From positions 128,650,001 to 128,714,000 of the forward strand of contig NC_042997.1 of assembly GCF_006345805.1 (NCBI RefSeq): DNA of 64,000 nucleotides. The letters are read 5' to 3'. How positions within the stretch are numbered: the first letter of the stretch is position 1; each line of letters begins with the position of its first letter. The notes beneath the pieces were generated by a model. That model saw only the letters and a program-made list of their open reading frames with translations, made no database searches and was not told the DNA's origin. The DNA is from Octopus sinensis. Taxonomy: Eukaryota. Positions 25,161 through 38,670 of this stretch are shown piece by piece. The position numbers and the translations under genes are program-made.

Positions 25161-27796
25161 TCATAATAGCTTCTTTCAACATTGTCATGCATTTTTTTCA
25201 TGAATAGCTTCCTGGGATTTTCTTTTTTCTTGTTTCTTTTCTATTTTGATACCTTGTATATTTTGTAACTTCTGAAAATGGCATTATAATCCTTCATTTA
25301 TTGTAAATAATTGTTAAAAGAAACTTCAGTTGAGCAAATCATCATTAGATTGATTTTTGCAAATCTGATTCACTACTTGTCAACCCTTCACCAAACAGCA
25401 GCCTTAGGGCCCCATCAAAGTTTTAAAAAAATCCCCTAAAAATTAAAAAACTTCAATCTCAACACACTTGACAACCACAAAAGTCTTATATGTAGTTGTA
25501 TTTTATCTTATTTTATTCACTTAAAGCTTTTCATAATTTTAAGACTAATGGTGGAAGCAGTTTTCCTTGAAGTAGCTAAAGACCTTGTTGTTTCTGTATA
25601 GAACAAAAACTGTGTTTTATCTCAACATATCATACTTAAACTTACTGACATTTCCCTCTCTGTTTCATTTTACTTGGACCTTTGCTTTTCTGTCATTTTC
25701 AAACTGGCATTGAAATTAGTGCTCAGGAATTTCAGATTAATATTTCTTTCTCAGCTCTTTATTGAACTCAGTAACTGAAGGTCATTGAAAGATATATCTT
25801 GCATAGTTTCCACAGGATGCCTTTTGTATCAGACATTGTCCGAAATTATATCAAAGTTGGTTCTGATATAATGTCAGACACCTTACCACAATATAAAAAC
25901 ATCTACCAATTTTGAGCAATATTGTTAGAGTAAAATTGTTAATACCAAATTCCATTTCCCTGCTCTGCATTCAAAGACAGAAAAGTGGTTAATACAGTAA
26001 TTAGATAATCGCTCCAATCTACCAGAGCCCCCAACATCATAATCTCTGTAGTCATAAATATATTTTAGTGTCTATTTTGATATATTGGCATGACTCAACT
26101 GAGCCTATAAAATGGTTTCTTTCCAGCTTTCCCTAGCTTACTGTATATTTTCTGTTTAGCTATAACTTATTATTTTCTCCTTCTTTTATTTTCTCTCTTC
26201 CATTTTACTATCTACTTTCACTTTATGACTTCTTTTCTCTTACTTTGTAACTTGGGGGTAAATAATAATTGATTTCTATTTTCCCCAAGTGGCATCTGAT
26301 GCCCACTCTAGTCTTAAAATTAGATTCATGTAACCAATCCAGATCCTCCTAGCCATCCCATATCTATTTAATGTATATTTATCCTTGTTATCCATTTTCC
26401 ACTACCATATACCATATAGTATAAAATATATTGTATATAGAGAGAGAATTACTTGGCATTAAAAAAAAAAAAGAAAATAATTTCTCAGCATGAGTTGTAA
26501 CCACACTTACCAAAGTCTTTCTTAGTCCTGTTTGTAAAGTAAATTCTAGTTAGATTACATAATTGTTAAATTGTATGTTAAATAAGTGGTTACACTTAGC
26601 TAAACTGGCAAGAAAACTAAAAAAAATAACAATTTATCCGAAATCTAGCGAAGCATCTTACGTAAAGTTCTGGATATAAACTCACAGAAAATGTTTCCTC
26701 TCTATTTTTTAGTGTAGAGAACCCTTAAAAAGCTAACCATCACCACCGCTGCATAAGCCATAGAAAATGCAATAGATCTTATTGCAGAAATATAAAAATT
26801 AAATTAGAAATATTTTATGAAAACATCACTGAAGAAAATTTTTGAATGTAATATGATACATTATTGTCATAAAAATGGTTTTGGTTTTTAGAATAATATT
26901 TTTATTGTGACATCTCTTCAAATTTGAACACTTTTTTGGTTTTCTTCCTGTACACATTTTTATGTCCATCAACATTTCTTCACATTTTCATATTTTATAA
27001 TCCATCATTTCACATATTTTCAGTTATTTTTAACTTCACAAAATTTTACATTTTCACGGCTTTCTCTCGTTTCTTTCAACAAATTTTTCAAAAAGCCACA
27101 ATATTTGATGCTTAATATATATTTTGATTTTTAACTTTTACACAGTTTTCAAAACATTCAACCAAAAAAAAAAGAAAGCTTTATTTATTTTTACTTTTTA
27201 TAAGTTATTCGTCAATGTTTTAATTTAAAATATAAAGAGGGAATATTCAAAATTTAACTTTTATCCCTATATCTATGAAATATTGCTGAGAGAGTCAGTT
27301 AATCTGCTGAATGTTAAACATATCATTTCTTTGACACCCATATAGTATCATTCAGTTGAAAGCAAGTCCAGTCAATATATTTCAGCTAAATATACTGCAC
27401 CTTCTCTAACCAGGCCCACTTGTTCCACCTGTCTCTCTTCCTCCTGGCATCCTTAGTGTACCTCATATCTCAGATCCTGTAGTAAATACTTCACCCAGTC
27501 CTCCTTCCCCTGTGTTTCTTTCTTTCTATACTGTTCCTACTCTGCCCATATTTTCCCTACCAACATCAGCCTATGAATATTTCAGCTGAATATCAACTTC
27601 ATCATTCACATTAATTTACAGGTAGACCTTTAAAGTCTATGGTCACAGTCTTTCCATCCCTGGGCTAACTTGTTGAGTGAGGAACAGAGAGTGAGAGAGA
27701 ATCAAATGAGTTAGTCAAGTTGATTTGGACCTTAATTTAGAGTAAGATACACAAATGTGCAGCAATATGGCTATTACTGAATGTATGGAAACTCAA

Positions 27797-27975
27797 TGTT
27801 GTTATTTAGCCCCAAACATATAATTCAAAAGCAATCCTGTGACCATCCCACCTTTTCCCTATGTGCTGGGAACCCATGATCACATTATCTAATGTATCCT
27901 TTTCTAAGATGGTAAGTTTGAATGAGATATGACTACTAGTTCTAGCAAAGGAAATGAACAGTAGAGGCTCCTTCA
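27797..27975 (+). mobile_element. Abundant interspersed repeat family D (SINE-like)
   Basis: TGTTGTTATTTAGCCCCA...TGACCATCC...ACATTATCTAATGTATCC...AAGATGGTA...TCTAGCA...GTAGAGGCTCC; further copies at about 29222-29420, 30007-30195, 35565-35760, 36286-36470, 42345-42470, 52010-52175, 59600-59740 and 61712-61905. Confidence 0.65.
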
Positions 27976-28009
27976 TTAGTTTGAGATCGTTTTGATTGAT
28001 TAACAGCAA

Positions 28010-28218
28010 TGTATGGTAGAATTGGCAGTGCTCTGGATGAAATAACTTGCAGTGTCTAGTTCCATCCTTTTACCATCTACATTCAAATCCTGGAATTAAC
28101 TTTACCTTCTGTTCTTCCAGTTTGATAAAAATAAGGATCTGTCAACTACTTAAATTGATTACATTAACTGTCCTCTTTCTCTCAAACCTGTGGCCTTGTT
28201 TCTGTATTAAAAATCATT
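28010..28218 (+). mobile_element. SINE family A, degenerate
   Basis: GAATTGGCAG...TTCAAATCC..AACTTTACCTT...GATAAAATAAG...TGGCCTTG layout as in 9195-9402. Confidence 0.55.
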
Positions 28219-28263
28219 ATTTTTATTACTTAAGATTGTTATAAAGTCTTTTTCTTATATGTA

Positions 28264-29162
28264 CAGGGTATTCCAGCTAAATATGACTGTTTGCAGAAAA
28301 GGAAAAGAAAACACAATGTTCCATCCAAAAATAATAAAAGTATTTTTAAAAATCAAAAAATTCAAGTAGATTATAATTGAAAGATAGCAGTTTATTCAAA
28401 TTAGCTACCCTCAGCTTCCACCACAGTCTCAAGACAGTTCCAGAACCTGGCACCTGCAATTCTTCACCATGTCCCTGGAAAGATCTTTGAACACCTCCGT
28501 GATCTTGGCTACCAGCTTGATCTTGGTGTTGCAGGCAGAGTGGTTGATGTCTTTCTCAGCTCTGCCCTACACATATTAGTCCATGGGATTACAATTAGGG
28601 GAATTACAATTGAGGTTAGAAATTAAGGCTGATGAAGTTGTAGAAATTCTCCAGCAACCACTTCTGACTCTTCCTAGATGTATGGCAAGGAGCCAAATCC
28701 TGCTGCTATACATATGACCTTCCAGCAACAAACTTCTCTAACCAGAGTTTGACCACAGACACCAGCAGTTTCACATAGCCATCTGAACTGAGCCCAAAGC
28801 TTCTTTATCAGTTGTGGTATGAATTCCAGTGTGTGGATGCTGCCAGAATGCCTGCTGTAACCCTTCCTGCTGGCCATGGCTTTTTAATCTCTGTTGCAGC
28901 TGTCTGTATCATGTCTTACAGTTTGTACAGTGTTCACAGAGGCATTGAGAAGCAATCATGATGTCAACAGTTTGATAAATGGGGCAACTCATCATGATGC
29001 GAGTAACTCTTTTCCAATATTCAGATGGTTTCAAGTTTTCCATATAAACTTTTTCTCAACTACAGCTTTAAGCGTTATGCTCTGTTGACTGTTCACCAAT
29101 GCATCAAGCTGTTCCTGAAAAAAAGGAGATATAAAAGACCATCAAATTTAGCCTGAATACTG
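28264..29162 (-). mobile_element. Tc1/mariner DD37D (maT-type) transposon remnant with both TIRs and TA TSD
   Basis: TA|CAGGGTATTCCAGCTAAATATGAC ... CCATCAAATTTAGCCTGAATACTG|TA; minus-strand YV*QQDLAPCHTSRKSQKWLLENFYNFISLNF*PQ[4-nt insertion]NSPNCNPMD*YV*G...CLETVVEAEGS*FE*. Confidence 0.85.
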
Positions 29163-30006
29163 TATGTATTGATATGCAAACATGTAAAGATATGCACACT
29201 GATGTCTCCTTATGAAAGAGAATTCCAAGTAGCCACTAGACCTGCTCAAACTAGAAGCCAGTTTTTCTCATATCAAACCCTATTATCTTAAAAACAAACA
29301 GGGTGGAAATTGTGATCCTCTATATCCTATATCTAAACAGTAGTCCAGGTTTTAATGGATAAAATATATATAATAATAGGTTTGTTCAACAAAAGCAGGC
29401 CTGGAGCTAAACAACAACAAAAATACCCAGCAATACACACTTACACAACTTTAATCTAGAAACACCTGAGTGTCTATTTCTTTTCCCATGATAACTCAAA
29501 TAGAGCAACATTCCTAAATATAACAAAGGAAACCTTAGAAGAATTCCCCTTTGTTATAAGGGAAGCTTGTTACTATAAAGTAGTTTAGATAGGCACCAAT
29601 CTGTAGCTAAAGACATGTTTGCTCACCTGAAACACTCTGTAGTTAAGGGACTTTAAACAATTTAAACAGATGTACTAGGGTTCTCATTGAGGAGAAAGGT
29701 TAGAGGATTTTTATTATCATATTATAAAGTATTCTTGGATTAGAACCAATAAGTCTAAATATAGTGTTAGTTCTACCACAGCATGAATGTGCTAAATGAG
29801 ATAGAGTACTAAATGTTACATGTATGAAACAAATGATAGGGTTATATGTGGTTTTCTTTCTACCTACCATAAACAACAGCCAAACCTCCCACAAGTTTAC
29901 ACCTTACTGTAATTATGGATGAAAAGGTTTGCTCAGTCAGGCCTGACCTGGAATTAAACAACAAATGTCTTAACAAAAAACAAGCATAAAGAAAAATTGA
30001 GCAAAT

Positions 30007-30195
30007 GAGGAAGCCTCTACATTGTTGTTTGACTGACTAGGAATAGCAGCCAAGTCTCCCTCAAATTAAAAAAAATGTTGAAGAATGCATTGGCTAAAGT
30101 TGCCCTAATAATGATGGGACAGGAACAGATGAATATATTTAATTGTAAATCTGTATCATCAGTATTGACCTGGGGTTACAAAAGAGCAACAAAAA
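30007..30195 (-). mobile_element. Repeat family D copy
   Basis: GAGGAAGCCTCTACATTG...TAGGAATAGCAGCCAAGTCTCCCTCAAAT...GACCTGGGGTTA is the reverse complement of the family D body. Confidence 0.6.
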
Positions 30196-30585
30196 CAGGC
30201 CATGATTATTCACTTCTCACCCTCAACCATATTACATTTTCTGCAACATGCTGATGTTTACTGCTTCACTCTTATCACAAATTTTCATATGAAAGGTTAG
30301 AGTTTATGTCAGTGTATCCATACAAACATACAGTCACGCATATAAACTAAATCATTATATTTCATACATGCACACACAGTGCCTTCTGACTAATCTGGTG
30401 TTTTGCAACCATCCCATAAAGATATAATATTCCTTAGCTCTTTATGTTTGTTTATATTGTACACAATAATAATGGTTATCTACATATCGCATACAGTTGT
30501 GCGTATGTGATTTTGTGTGTGTGTTTGTGTGTGCATGAGGCAACTACCACTACAAGGATATCTATACATATACATATGTACATAT

Positions 30586-30638
<53 letters not shown>

Positions 30639-30799
30639 ATATATATATAGAGAGAGAGAGAGAGAAATAAACTTAAGGTTTGGCCAATACTGTCCATGCC
30701 ATGTCTTAACTTTAAAAGAGCCATCTGATGAAATCTAAGTTAAATTTTAGAACAGAGTTGTTTGTTTGTTTGTTGAAACATATCTGGGTTTTAGTGGTT

Positions 30800-31320
30800 T
30801 GTTTGGTATTTCTTTGAGGAATTTATCCACCATGTGCAGTTTGAATGCAATGGGATACTTTTCGTTCTTAATTTGTCTTCAAATGTTTCTTGAATCAAGC
30901 AGGAACAGCTAAGGCAAAAAGAAAAGTTATGTCACAATGTGGTTATGTACTGTGAGAGGAGTGGGTGATGTGGAGTCCAGCCTTGGATGATTTTTAAATT
31001 TGATGTGCAACTTCACTAACAGCATATATTTTCCTCATTCTGTAAATGAGATAGCATCCGTGGCAATGTTAAGAATAAGAATCATAGAGTTTTAAGATAT
31101 TCCTAAGGATCAAGATGTGTCATGATATTTAATTTTTAATTTTTTGGGGAATTATCGTCTGAGGTGTTGCAATTCTGCTAGTTTGTGTGGCAAGGCATAA
31201 CTGTAGAAAGGTAAAGAAAAGGATGATGGCCTCTGTGTATCTGGACTAGAAAGTTCTGAGGAACCAAGAGCTCACTTTGTGATGTATATTGACTTTATAG
31301 TTGACATGCGCATGCTAACT
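30800..31320 (-). mobile_element. CR1-like LINE 3' fragment, old
   Basis: Minus-strand pieces GKYML/KIIQGWTP...FKLHMVDKFLKE parallel the C-terminus of CR1-like ORF2 (compare IYIWKILEG in the 6050-7010 element). Confidence 0.45.
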
Positions 31321-31674
31321 GAGATTGTGGTCATTAATTACTTCTAAATCTCTATAAATCTCTAAATTCTTAGATCCAGGAGAATTTCCCTTGAGAAAAG
31401 GGAATCTGATTGCTAAATACATCCACTTTTCTATGGCTAGATGCCTTTTTTTTGTCACTAACTCTCATTTGTTACCAAGCAAGTTAATATTTTCTCATGG
31501 CCAGATATGTTACCACAAAATATTGTAAATTAGTGATTCTGCTTGTATGAGAATGACACTCTCAACTTTACATGCCAAAACAAGGAGACACTAAATACAA
31601 ACATTCACAGATACACATACATAATGAGATTCATATATAGAGATTAAATGTGTGTGTGTATATGTGTGCGTGTG

Positions 31675-31935
31675 AAGGAACATGGCTTAGTGGTTAGGGG
31701 TGTTGCACTCATAATTGTGAGATTATGAGTTCGATTCCCAGACCAGGAGTTGCGTTCTTGAGCTCTGTGATCATTTCATCATGACATGGTGCATCTGAAC
31801 AGGTAATGTCGATTTGATGGAAGAAGTGGGCTTCTGTGTATACAAACATCTGATCACTATAAACAAATCATCAGTGTAGTTGTTCAGCAAGAAATTACTG
31901 AACTCTCATATGTTATCTGATGATGGGAGAGTCCT
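31675..31935 (+). mobile_element. tRNA-derived SINE, family C
   Basis: A box TGGCTTAGTGG, B box GAGTTCGATTCC; body colinear with the reverse complement of 16851-17128; ends at GGGAGAGTC plus (TA)n. Confidence 0.8.
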
Positions 31936-31967
<32 letters not shown>

Positions 31968-33029
31968 CCGTTTACAAGGCCTTGATTAGCTCAGGGATAC
32001 AGTAGATGAAACTTGCACAAGATGCAATATAGTGGAACTAAAACCAAAACCATGGGGTTTGGAAGCAAACTCCTTAACCATACAGTCACACCTGTACATA
32101 CATAGATATTAACTTTTAGTTATTTTTCCCATCACTTCAATCAACTCGTTTCTTTATTACTTTTACCCCCATCTCTTACCTCCTCACCATCGATGAAGAT
32201 TTCAAGCTATAACTAGTTCTGCATATAGTACCCATCACTCTACCTCACCCATACTTCATTTGGCCTATATATAAGAGACCATTGATCCATCTTTATCTCT
32301 ATACCTACACCCACCTTACCTCCTCCATCCATCTCCACACTCCAATCATCACTGGCGTTTATATTACTTGTGATGCTCACTTATCCACTGCCACTCATCA
32401 CTCCTTTTCTGTCGTTTTTTTCTTACTGTCTTCTTTCCACAACTTCTCTGCCAACACAACACCTTCTCCTCTCTCTGCCCTACCCCCTTCCACAACCCCC
32501 ACATCTCTCAATCAACTCTCTTTGGATCCTTGCCACTCTCATCTTTCCGCTCCATGTTCCCTTCACGCCACATCTCTCACTTTTACACAACCCAGGACCC
32601 CACTCTACACACTCCACTTCACAACCTCTACTACTCTGTCCCTTCCTTTCTTACAAACCACTTATACTAATACTTTTTTTTTTCTAGTTACCTAAAATTG
32701 TTATTTGCAACCTCATTTCTTCTGTTTTTTCCCAGTCTCTGTCTTAGCTTTTATAAATGTGTCTACTGTAGCATTCCACCATCAAGTCACCTTCCATCTT
32801 GTTTGGATGTTTGCTCTGTCCACAGATCCAACATATCTTGACATGTGCATACTGATTGAAAACAAAAGCCCCTTCACTCATATCAATGGTGTCATATGCT
32901 CACTGTCCTCTGTGAAAACTCATCCAGGTTGTTCATGTTTAATGAACTTGGGGATTATTACTTTGCTTGGAAACAGATGAGAGTAAGGGATCAAGGACCA
33001 AGTCTTAGAAAATTCTGGCGGCGGTGGTG

Positions 33030-33950
33030 GTGGTGTATGAATCCTTTAATGTCCATGTTCCATGTTGGCATGTGTTAACTGGTTTGACAGGTTCCATTGT
33101 ATAGAAGGACTGCATTATGTTCTGGTATCTACTTTGGTATGGTTTCCACCATAACACCAGTCACTTTACAATGTGTACTGGATGCTTTTTTTTTTTCTTG
33201 TGCCACCAGTACAAAGGTTGCTATGCAGCTTGCAGGACTATGAACTTTGAGAGAGATAGCTTTGTGCTAAGAGATGAAGGGTTAAATTATGAAAAAAGGG
33301 ATCAAAGCAGGTCAGATTTCTTGTTTTAGAGGGGCTACATGGTTACTCATGTTAGAGAAGAGAGGATGGGGCTAATTGGAGGTGGGGAGCAGAAAAGAGA
33401 TAAAATAGTGGTGATGAGGCATCTGTGTGGACCCTCAAGGTTTGAGGTGAGTAGAAGTGAATGGAAGCAGAAGAATTGGGAGTGTGGGTGAGTAGAGGTT
33501 GCAAGAGTATATGGGAGAGTGAGGGAGGGTTAGAAAGGAGGTTGGGTGAGAGGATGAATACAATGAAGAACAAATGTTAAATGAATGGTAAGTGAGTGAG
33601 GCAGCAAAAGGTAGGTGATAGCTGTAGAGATTGGATAGGGTTGAGAGGTGGATGTAGTGAATGATGGATAACAGGAGGGTGGAACAATGATGCAGTGGGG
33701 TGAAAAGTAGCAGAATAGTAATGATAATACAGTAGACAGAAGGATGAGATGAAGAATACAATAGTGTGGGAGAGGGAGAGAGAGAAGCAGGCATAGTGTA
33801 TGGGAAGAGAGACATACAGTAGAAGAGAAGGGGAGATTATTGAGCAGCTTGGAGAGGGATCAATATAAAATGTGGGTGGAGAGGACAGTAATGAGATGAG
33901 GGTTGGATATCAAATGAACTGGTTCTGAGTTGTGAGAAAGAGAAATGGTA
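33030..33950 (-). mobile_element. RTE-type tail plus long GA-rich segment
   Basis: TTTAATGTCC..TTCCATGTTGGCATG...CACTTTACAATGTGTACTGGATGC...GTGCCACCAG followed by about 600 bp of purine-rich sequence. Confidence 0.55.
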
Positions 33951-33987
33951 TCAGAGAAAAGCTCTCTCTCTCTGTGTCCATATATAT

Positions 33988-34037
<50 letters not shown>

Positions 34038-34038
<1 letters not shown>

Positions 34039-34196
34039 GAAACAACTACATTATAAAGAGCCATTTATTAACACACAAAGTTGTTAAATTCACTTCAAGT
34101 TTAAATTTTGACACGTCCTGAAATAAATTTAAATTTAAAGTAAATTTAACAGCTTTGTGTGTTATCAAATGGCTCTTCCATGATGTAGTTACTTCA
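34038..34196. repeat. Approximately 70-bp-arm inverted repeat next to (TA)n
   Basis: TGAAACAACTACATTATAAAGAGCCATTTATTAACACACAAAGTTGTTAAATTCACTTCAAGTTTAAATTT versus reverse complement of right arm TGAAGTAACTACATCATGGAAGAGCCATTTGATAACACACAAAGCTGTTAAATTTACTTTAAATTTAAATTT. Confidence 0.9.
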
Positions 34197-35564
34197 GTCT
34201 CAATATACAGTCTCAATCAAATCACTTGCAAGACAAATACAACTCTTGTGTGCATGTGTGTGTGTGTGTCCATACAACACACATTTATATATATATATAT
34301 ATATATATATATGTTTGTGTGTGTGTGTACATCTATATGAATGCTTATATTCTGTATGTCTTTATATGACATTGTTTGGGCAAAATAATGTTGTGTTAAT
34401 GGTTCCAGTAAGTAATAGCCCCAGTAGTTCTGAGCATTTTACTTGTAAAGACCAATGGAATAAAAACTCCCTTACTTGAAAAAGACATGACAAGAAGCAT
34501 ACATGGCTGTAATATACTGTATTAATAAGTTTTGATCTAACCCTTGCTTGCATGGAAAAGAAAGTGTAAAGATGATGAGGACAACAACAGCAACAGTGAT
34601 ATATTACACACATGTGTGTGGTAATTTGTGCAAGATAAATAGGGATTGTATTCCTGAACTATGGTTTCGTCCAGCTGGTTGAACCATACATGTCCACTTT
34701 TAAAAAGTATGCAATCACTGTAGGCAGCTAAGGAATGTAGATCACCAGTTGTCTTTGAAATTCTCAAGTTCCCAAAAGTTTCCAAGCTTGTTTGGCTGCT
34801 AAAGGAACACATTTCGAACTCTTAAAGTTTATGATGTTTCCATTCAATAAAAATGATAATATTTGCATAAACTTTTTACTTTTTGTTGCCTCTTTTTATT
34901 GCACAAGTAATACAAAGCTTCTGGTATATATATTCCTCTACATTATTAACACTTGTGGTATTCCAGTATTATCATTACCACTTTTACAACTGCTACTACT
35001 ACTACCACCACTACTGCTGCTACTGCCATGACAACTACTACCATTACAACATCTACCACCGCTACAACTAGCACCATCATCCCCATCTCTATTAGCACTT
35101 AGATAATCACCACTATGACATCTAATAAATATAAAAATCTTGGAGAAATTATATTTTAAAAAAATAGCATTGATTTTATATATATTGTTTAAATTTTTAT
35201 TTGTAAACTTTTTTTTATCTTTAGTGTTGTACTTTATGGAACTTGCAGAGTGCAGAGAATGAGACGGATGATTGTTAAGTGGAATGAGAGATTGTAGACT
35301 ATTGTAGACAATTATAGAAAAATGTAGAGAGGAGTGGGTGATTGTTGAACAGACAGAGGCTGTAGAGTATGACAGGTGATTTAAAAGTGAGGTGGATGAC
35401 TACAGGGTATGATGGGATTGTAGAATAAGGTGGATAACTGTAGCACATGATAGGTAATTGTGAACTGAGGTGGGTGGTCATAGAGCATACTGAGAGATTA
35501 TAGAGCAAGGGTATGGTTGTAAAGTGAAGTGGATAGTTGTAGAAGAGAGTGGGGTGATTCTTGG

Positions 35565-35760
35565 TGTTTTTGTTTAGTTCCAAGTTAATCTTGATTCAGT
35601 AGAACTGTGGTCAGAAGCTTTTCAGCCATGATTGTCTTTTCTGTCTTCACAGATTAAGAGCCATGTTATTCATTCTTCTTTTGAAATAGTGATATGCAAT
35701 TTAAGAGTGATTTAACTGCTATTTCTAGCACATTTAGCGACCTACATAGGCTCCCTTGCT
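35565..35760 (+). mobile_element. Repeat family D copy
   Basis: TGTTTAGTTCCAAG...TTTCAGCCATGA...GATTTAACTGCTATTTCTAGCA...TAGGCTCCCT. Confidence 0.6.
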
Positions 35761-36662
35761 GGCTCATTGTGTGGATGATTGTAGTTGATGGTGATTGAAC
35801 AATGTAAAATGCAAATTAAAATGTCATAGAAGTTGCAGCGAAAGTCCTATTAGATTAGGGTTAAAAGCAGCACTTAGCAGGCATAAAAGGTAATGCTTTT
35901 ATTGGAATTGGTTGGCATCGTGAAAGGGAGGACATATAAATTCAAGTTGTGGAATGAAGAATAGTTTTTAGTTCTATTTAATTAGCTTCACAGAATTTGT
36001 AGTTGATTCACTCTGGAATTGGTTGAATTAAAAGGTAGTTGTTACACATATACTGTGCATTGACTACTGATTGGTGACGAAAGAGAGATCATTGGTCAGT
36101 AACTGACTCTGGGGAGGTCACTGATGAACAACTCAGTGTTTCTGGATGGGTTAATGTCTCTTATTAGAGATTAACTATACAATTACGTGCCATAATTTAC
36201 AAACAGATGTCGTGAGAGAAGGGGAGATTGAATAGATAGATTAAAATCTAATCTAGGCTACATGGTTTAATAGTAACATCAAAATATTGTTGTTTAATCC
36301 CAGGTAAACCCTGATTGTACAGATCTATGTTCAAAGCTTTTCCAGGAATATCCAGTTAATCTTTTTCTGTAATTACAACTACATTATTCAAAGTGCCCTT
36401 TTAAGTGACTGTATGTAATTTGAGCGAAATTTGACTGTCTATGGATATCTAAAGGCTCTGTTGTTAGCATGTAACACTGGGATGTCATTTGAGTCTGTGG
36501 ATTTTGAGAGTAACAAAATATTTAATGAAGGGAAGAATAAAGATGGGTGGACTTGATTTTTTTTATATATTTATTTGATGAGAGCAAAGTTGGGTTAGAA
36601 GATGCAGGAAAGAAGTTGGTTTTAGTGATAACAAAAGTTGGTTTACACATATTGAGAATAAA

Positions 36663-36751
36663 TTGAAAAACTTGGATCATCTGAAATTATCCAAGCAATC
36701 AAAAACCTCTTTCTACATGCTTGGATAATCTCATTTAACTGAAGTTTTCAA
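36663..36751. repeat. Short inverted repeat (MITE-like), arms about 33 bp
   Basis: TTGAAAAACTT...ATTATCCAAGCA / TGCTTGGATAAT...AAGTTTTCAA. Confidence 0.55.
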
Positions 36752-37191
36752 CTATATTGCATATATGTGGCCCTACTTTATTTGTGTTTAGTATGCATAG
36801 TGCTCACCTGAGGTAATTCTCTCAACATATTATTGACCACAGAGGTTATGTTACAAGGGAAAGGAAGATTGAGTGTTGTCAGAGAAGATATTGGTAAAGT
36901 AATAGAATACAGAGTTACATTTTATGGAGTGTAGAGAGATTTTTTTTGCAGTGTACAGAACAAAAATGCTTCATATTTTTCATCAAGTATTTTGATGTGA
37001 ATGAAGAACAATGTTCATTCTTTGAAAACACTTGATTACCTCTTTGGTTGTTGTTGTAAACATCTCTTTTCTTTATGTGTAGGTAACTATTTAGATAGTA
37101 GGACTTATGTTGAAGGATGCTAAGCTGCTATTTCTTGCAGGTTGAACATAGAGGTTTCTTCATTAGCTTGACATTTGTTTGGTGATTGCAA

Positions 37192-37237
<46 letters not shown>

Positions 37238-37863
37238 ACAGGCAGAGAGGAAGGTGAGTCTGATTAAAGGTGAACAGACCATGTACAGGTGTTTTTAGAT
37301 GAAAATCAAACATGAGTAAGAACCACTGATTTAAATATATTAGTAAAGTATAAGTAATGTTTTTACAAAAGACCCACATGGTAGAATCAACATGTTATTA
37401 GAGAACCACCAGCTGATTATGGTGCCAGAGTGGTACCATCATTGCTGTTAAAACAAACATTACTGTCATATTTGGAGTGAGTTTTCTTAAATCTCCTCAA
37501 CTCAGTCTTATAAAACTACTTATTAGTTGGACTATTGTTCACTGTTACTGTATACAAAACTTGAGTTTACTGCTTCACTGGGAATTAGCTGTCTCTCTTA
37601 ATATAACCTTTGACATGTCAATTGATGTATAGCTACTAATTCTCAAGTGGTCTCATCTATACTACACTAATTCTCAGAATTGTTAAAGACTTTCAAAAGA
37701 CAGCCAAGTGAATATTGGAAGTTGTCACCAAACAGCAATTATTCATTTTCTTCTTATTAGTTTCTCACCAATAAATTTCTTTGTATGCTAATCTATATCA
37801 TTACTTAAGTCACTTCTCCTTCCCCTGAATGTTTAAAATAAACAGGGAATGTAAGTAATATAA

Positions 37864-37919
<56 letters not shown>

Positions 37920-38110
37920 GTAGACAGATAGGTAGGTAGGTAGATATAGATAGATAGATAGATAGATAGGTAGACAGATAGGTAGGTAGGTAGGTAGATA
38001 TAGATAGATAGATAGATAGACAGATAGGTAGGTAGGTAGATATAGATAGATAGATAGATAGATAGACAGGCAGGCAGATAGATAGATAGATAGATAGACT
38101 GACTGATTGA
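37864..38110. repeat. (GATA)n/(GGTA)n tetranucleotide satellite with higher-order blocks
   Basis: Directly visible; the block GACAGATA(GGTA)nGATATA(GATA)n recurs three times. Confidence 0.95.
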
Positions 38111-38149
38111 TAAATAGATATTGTGTGTTATTTACATTTCCTGTTTGAA

Positions 38150-38558
38150 CATTGGGTGACATGCCATACTTGAAAAGATCCAGGAAGCCAAGTGAAATCA
38201 TAGTCATGGCCAATGATAGTGTTGTGTAACGGGCACGTAACAAGCTCTGTTCAACCGTTGGGCCTCACAGAGGCAGTGACAAGTGATTGAGACCTTTGGC
38301 AGTATACCATGCTTGAGAAGATCTGTCAAGCTAAGTGAGATCATAGTCATGGCCAATGCCTGTAATGCATAACTGGCATATAAAAACCACCCATTACACA
38401 CTTGAAGTAACTGGCATTAGGAAGGGCACCCAGCCATAGAAACCATGCCAAATTAGACTGGAACATGGTGCAGCTCCCCAGTTTACCAGTTTCCAGTCAA
38501 ACCATCCTACCCATACCAGCATGGAAAACAGACATTAAAGGAAGATGATGATGATGAT
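38150..38558 (+). mobile_element. RTE-type retroposon 3' region (older) with internal ~150-bp duplication
   Basis: CCATRCTTGARAAGATC...AAGTGARATCATAGTCATGGCCAATG occurs twice; ends CCAGCATGGAAAACAGACATTAAAG..GATGATGAT. Confidence 0.75.
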
Positions 38559-38670
38559 AATATTAATGTCATAAGAATTTATAAACTTTCAAGAGAATGT
38601 GAAATAATTATTTTTGGAGAACTGGACCTGAAAGCACATATGATACTATAAATATAATATTCTTTTCTAC

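Noticed and set aside
24610-25207. 192-aa poly-Val and 146-aa poly-Thr (mucin-like) ORFs
   Set aside because: They are translations of an (ACT)/(ACC) trinucleotide repeat, with no flanking domain or convincing splice context.
25730-26030. Possible L1/Tx1-type C-terminal zinc-knuckle remnant on the minus strand (PVETMQDISF)
   Set aside because: Only one weak motif; not enough to call.
31681-31745. tRNA-like A and B boxes (also at 9460-9541 and 16790-16850)
   Set aside because: These are SINE heads continuing into repeat bodies; no complete cloverleaf is evident.
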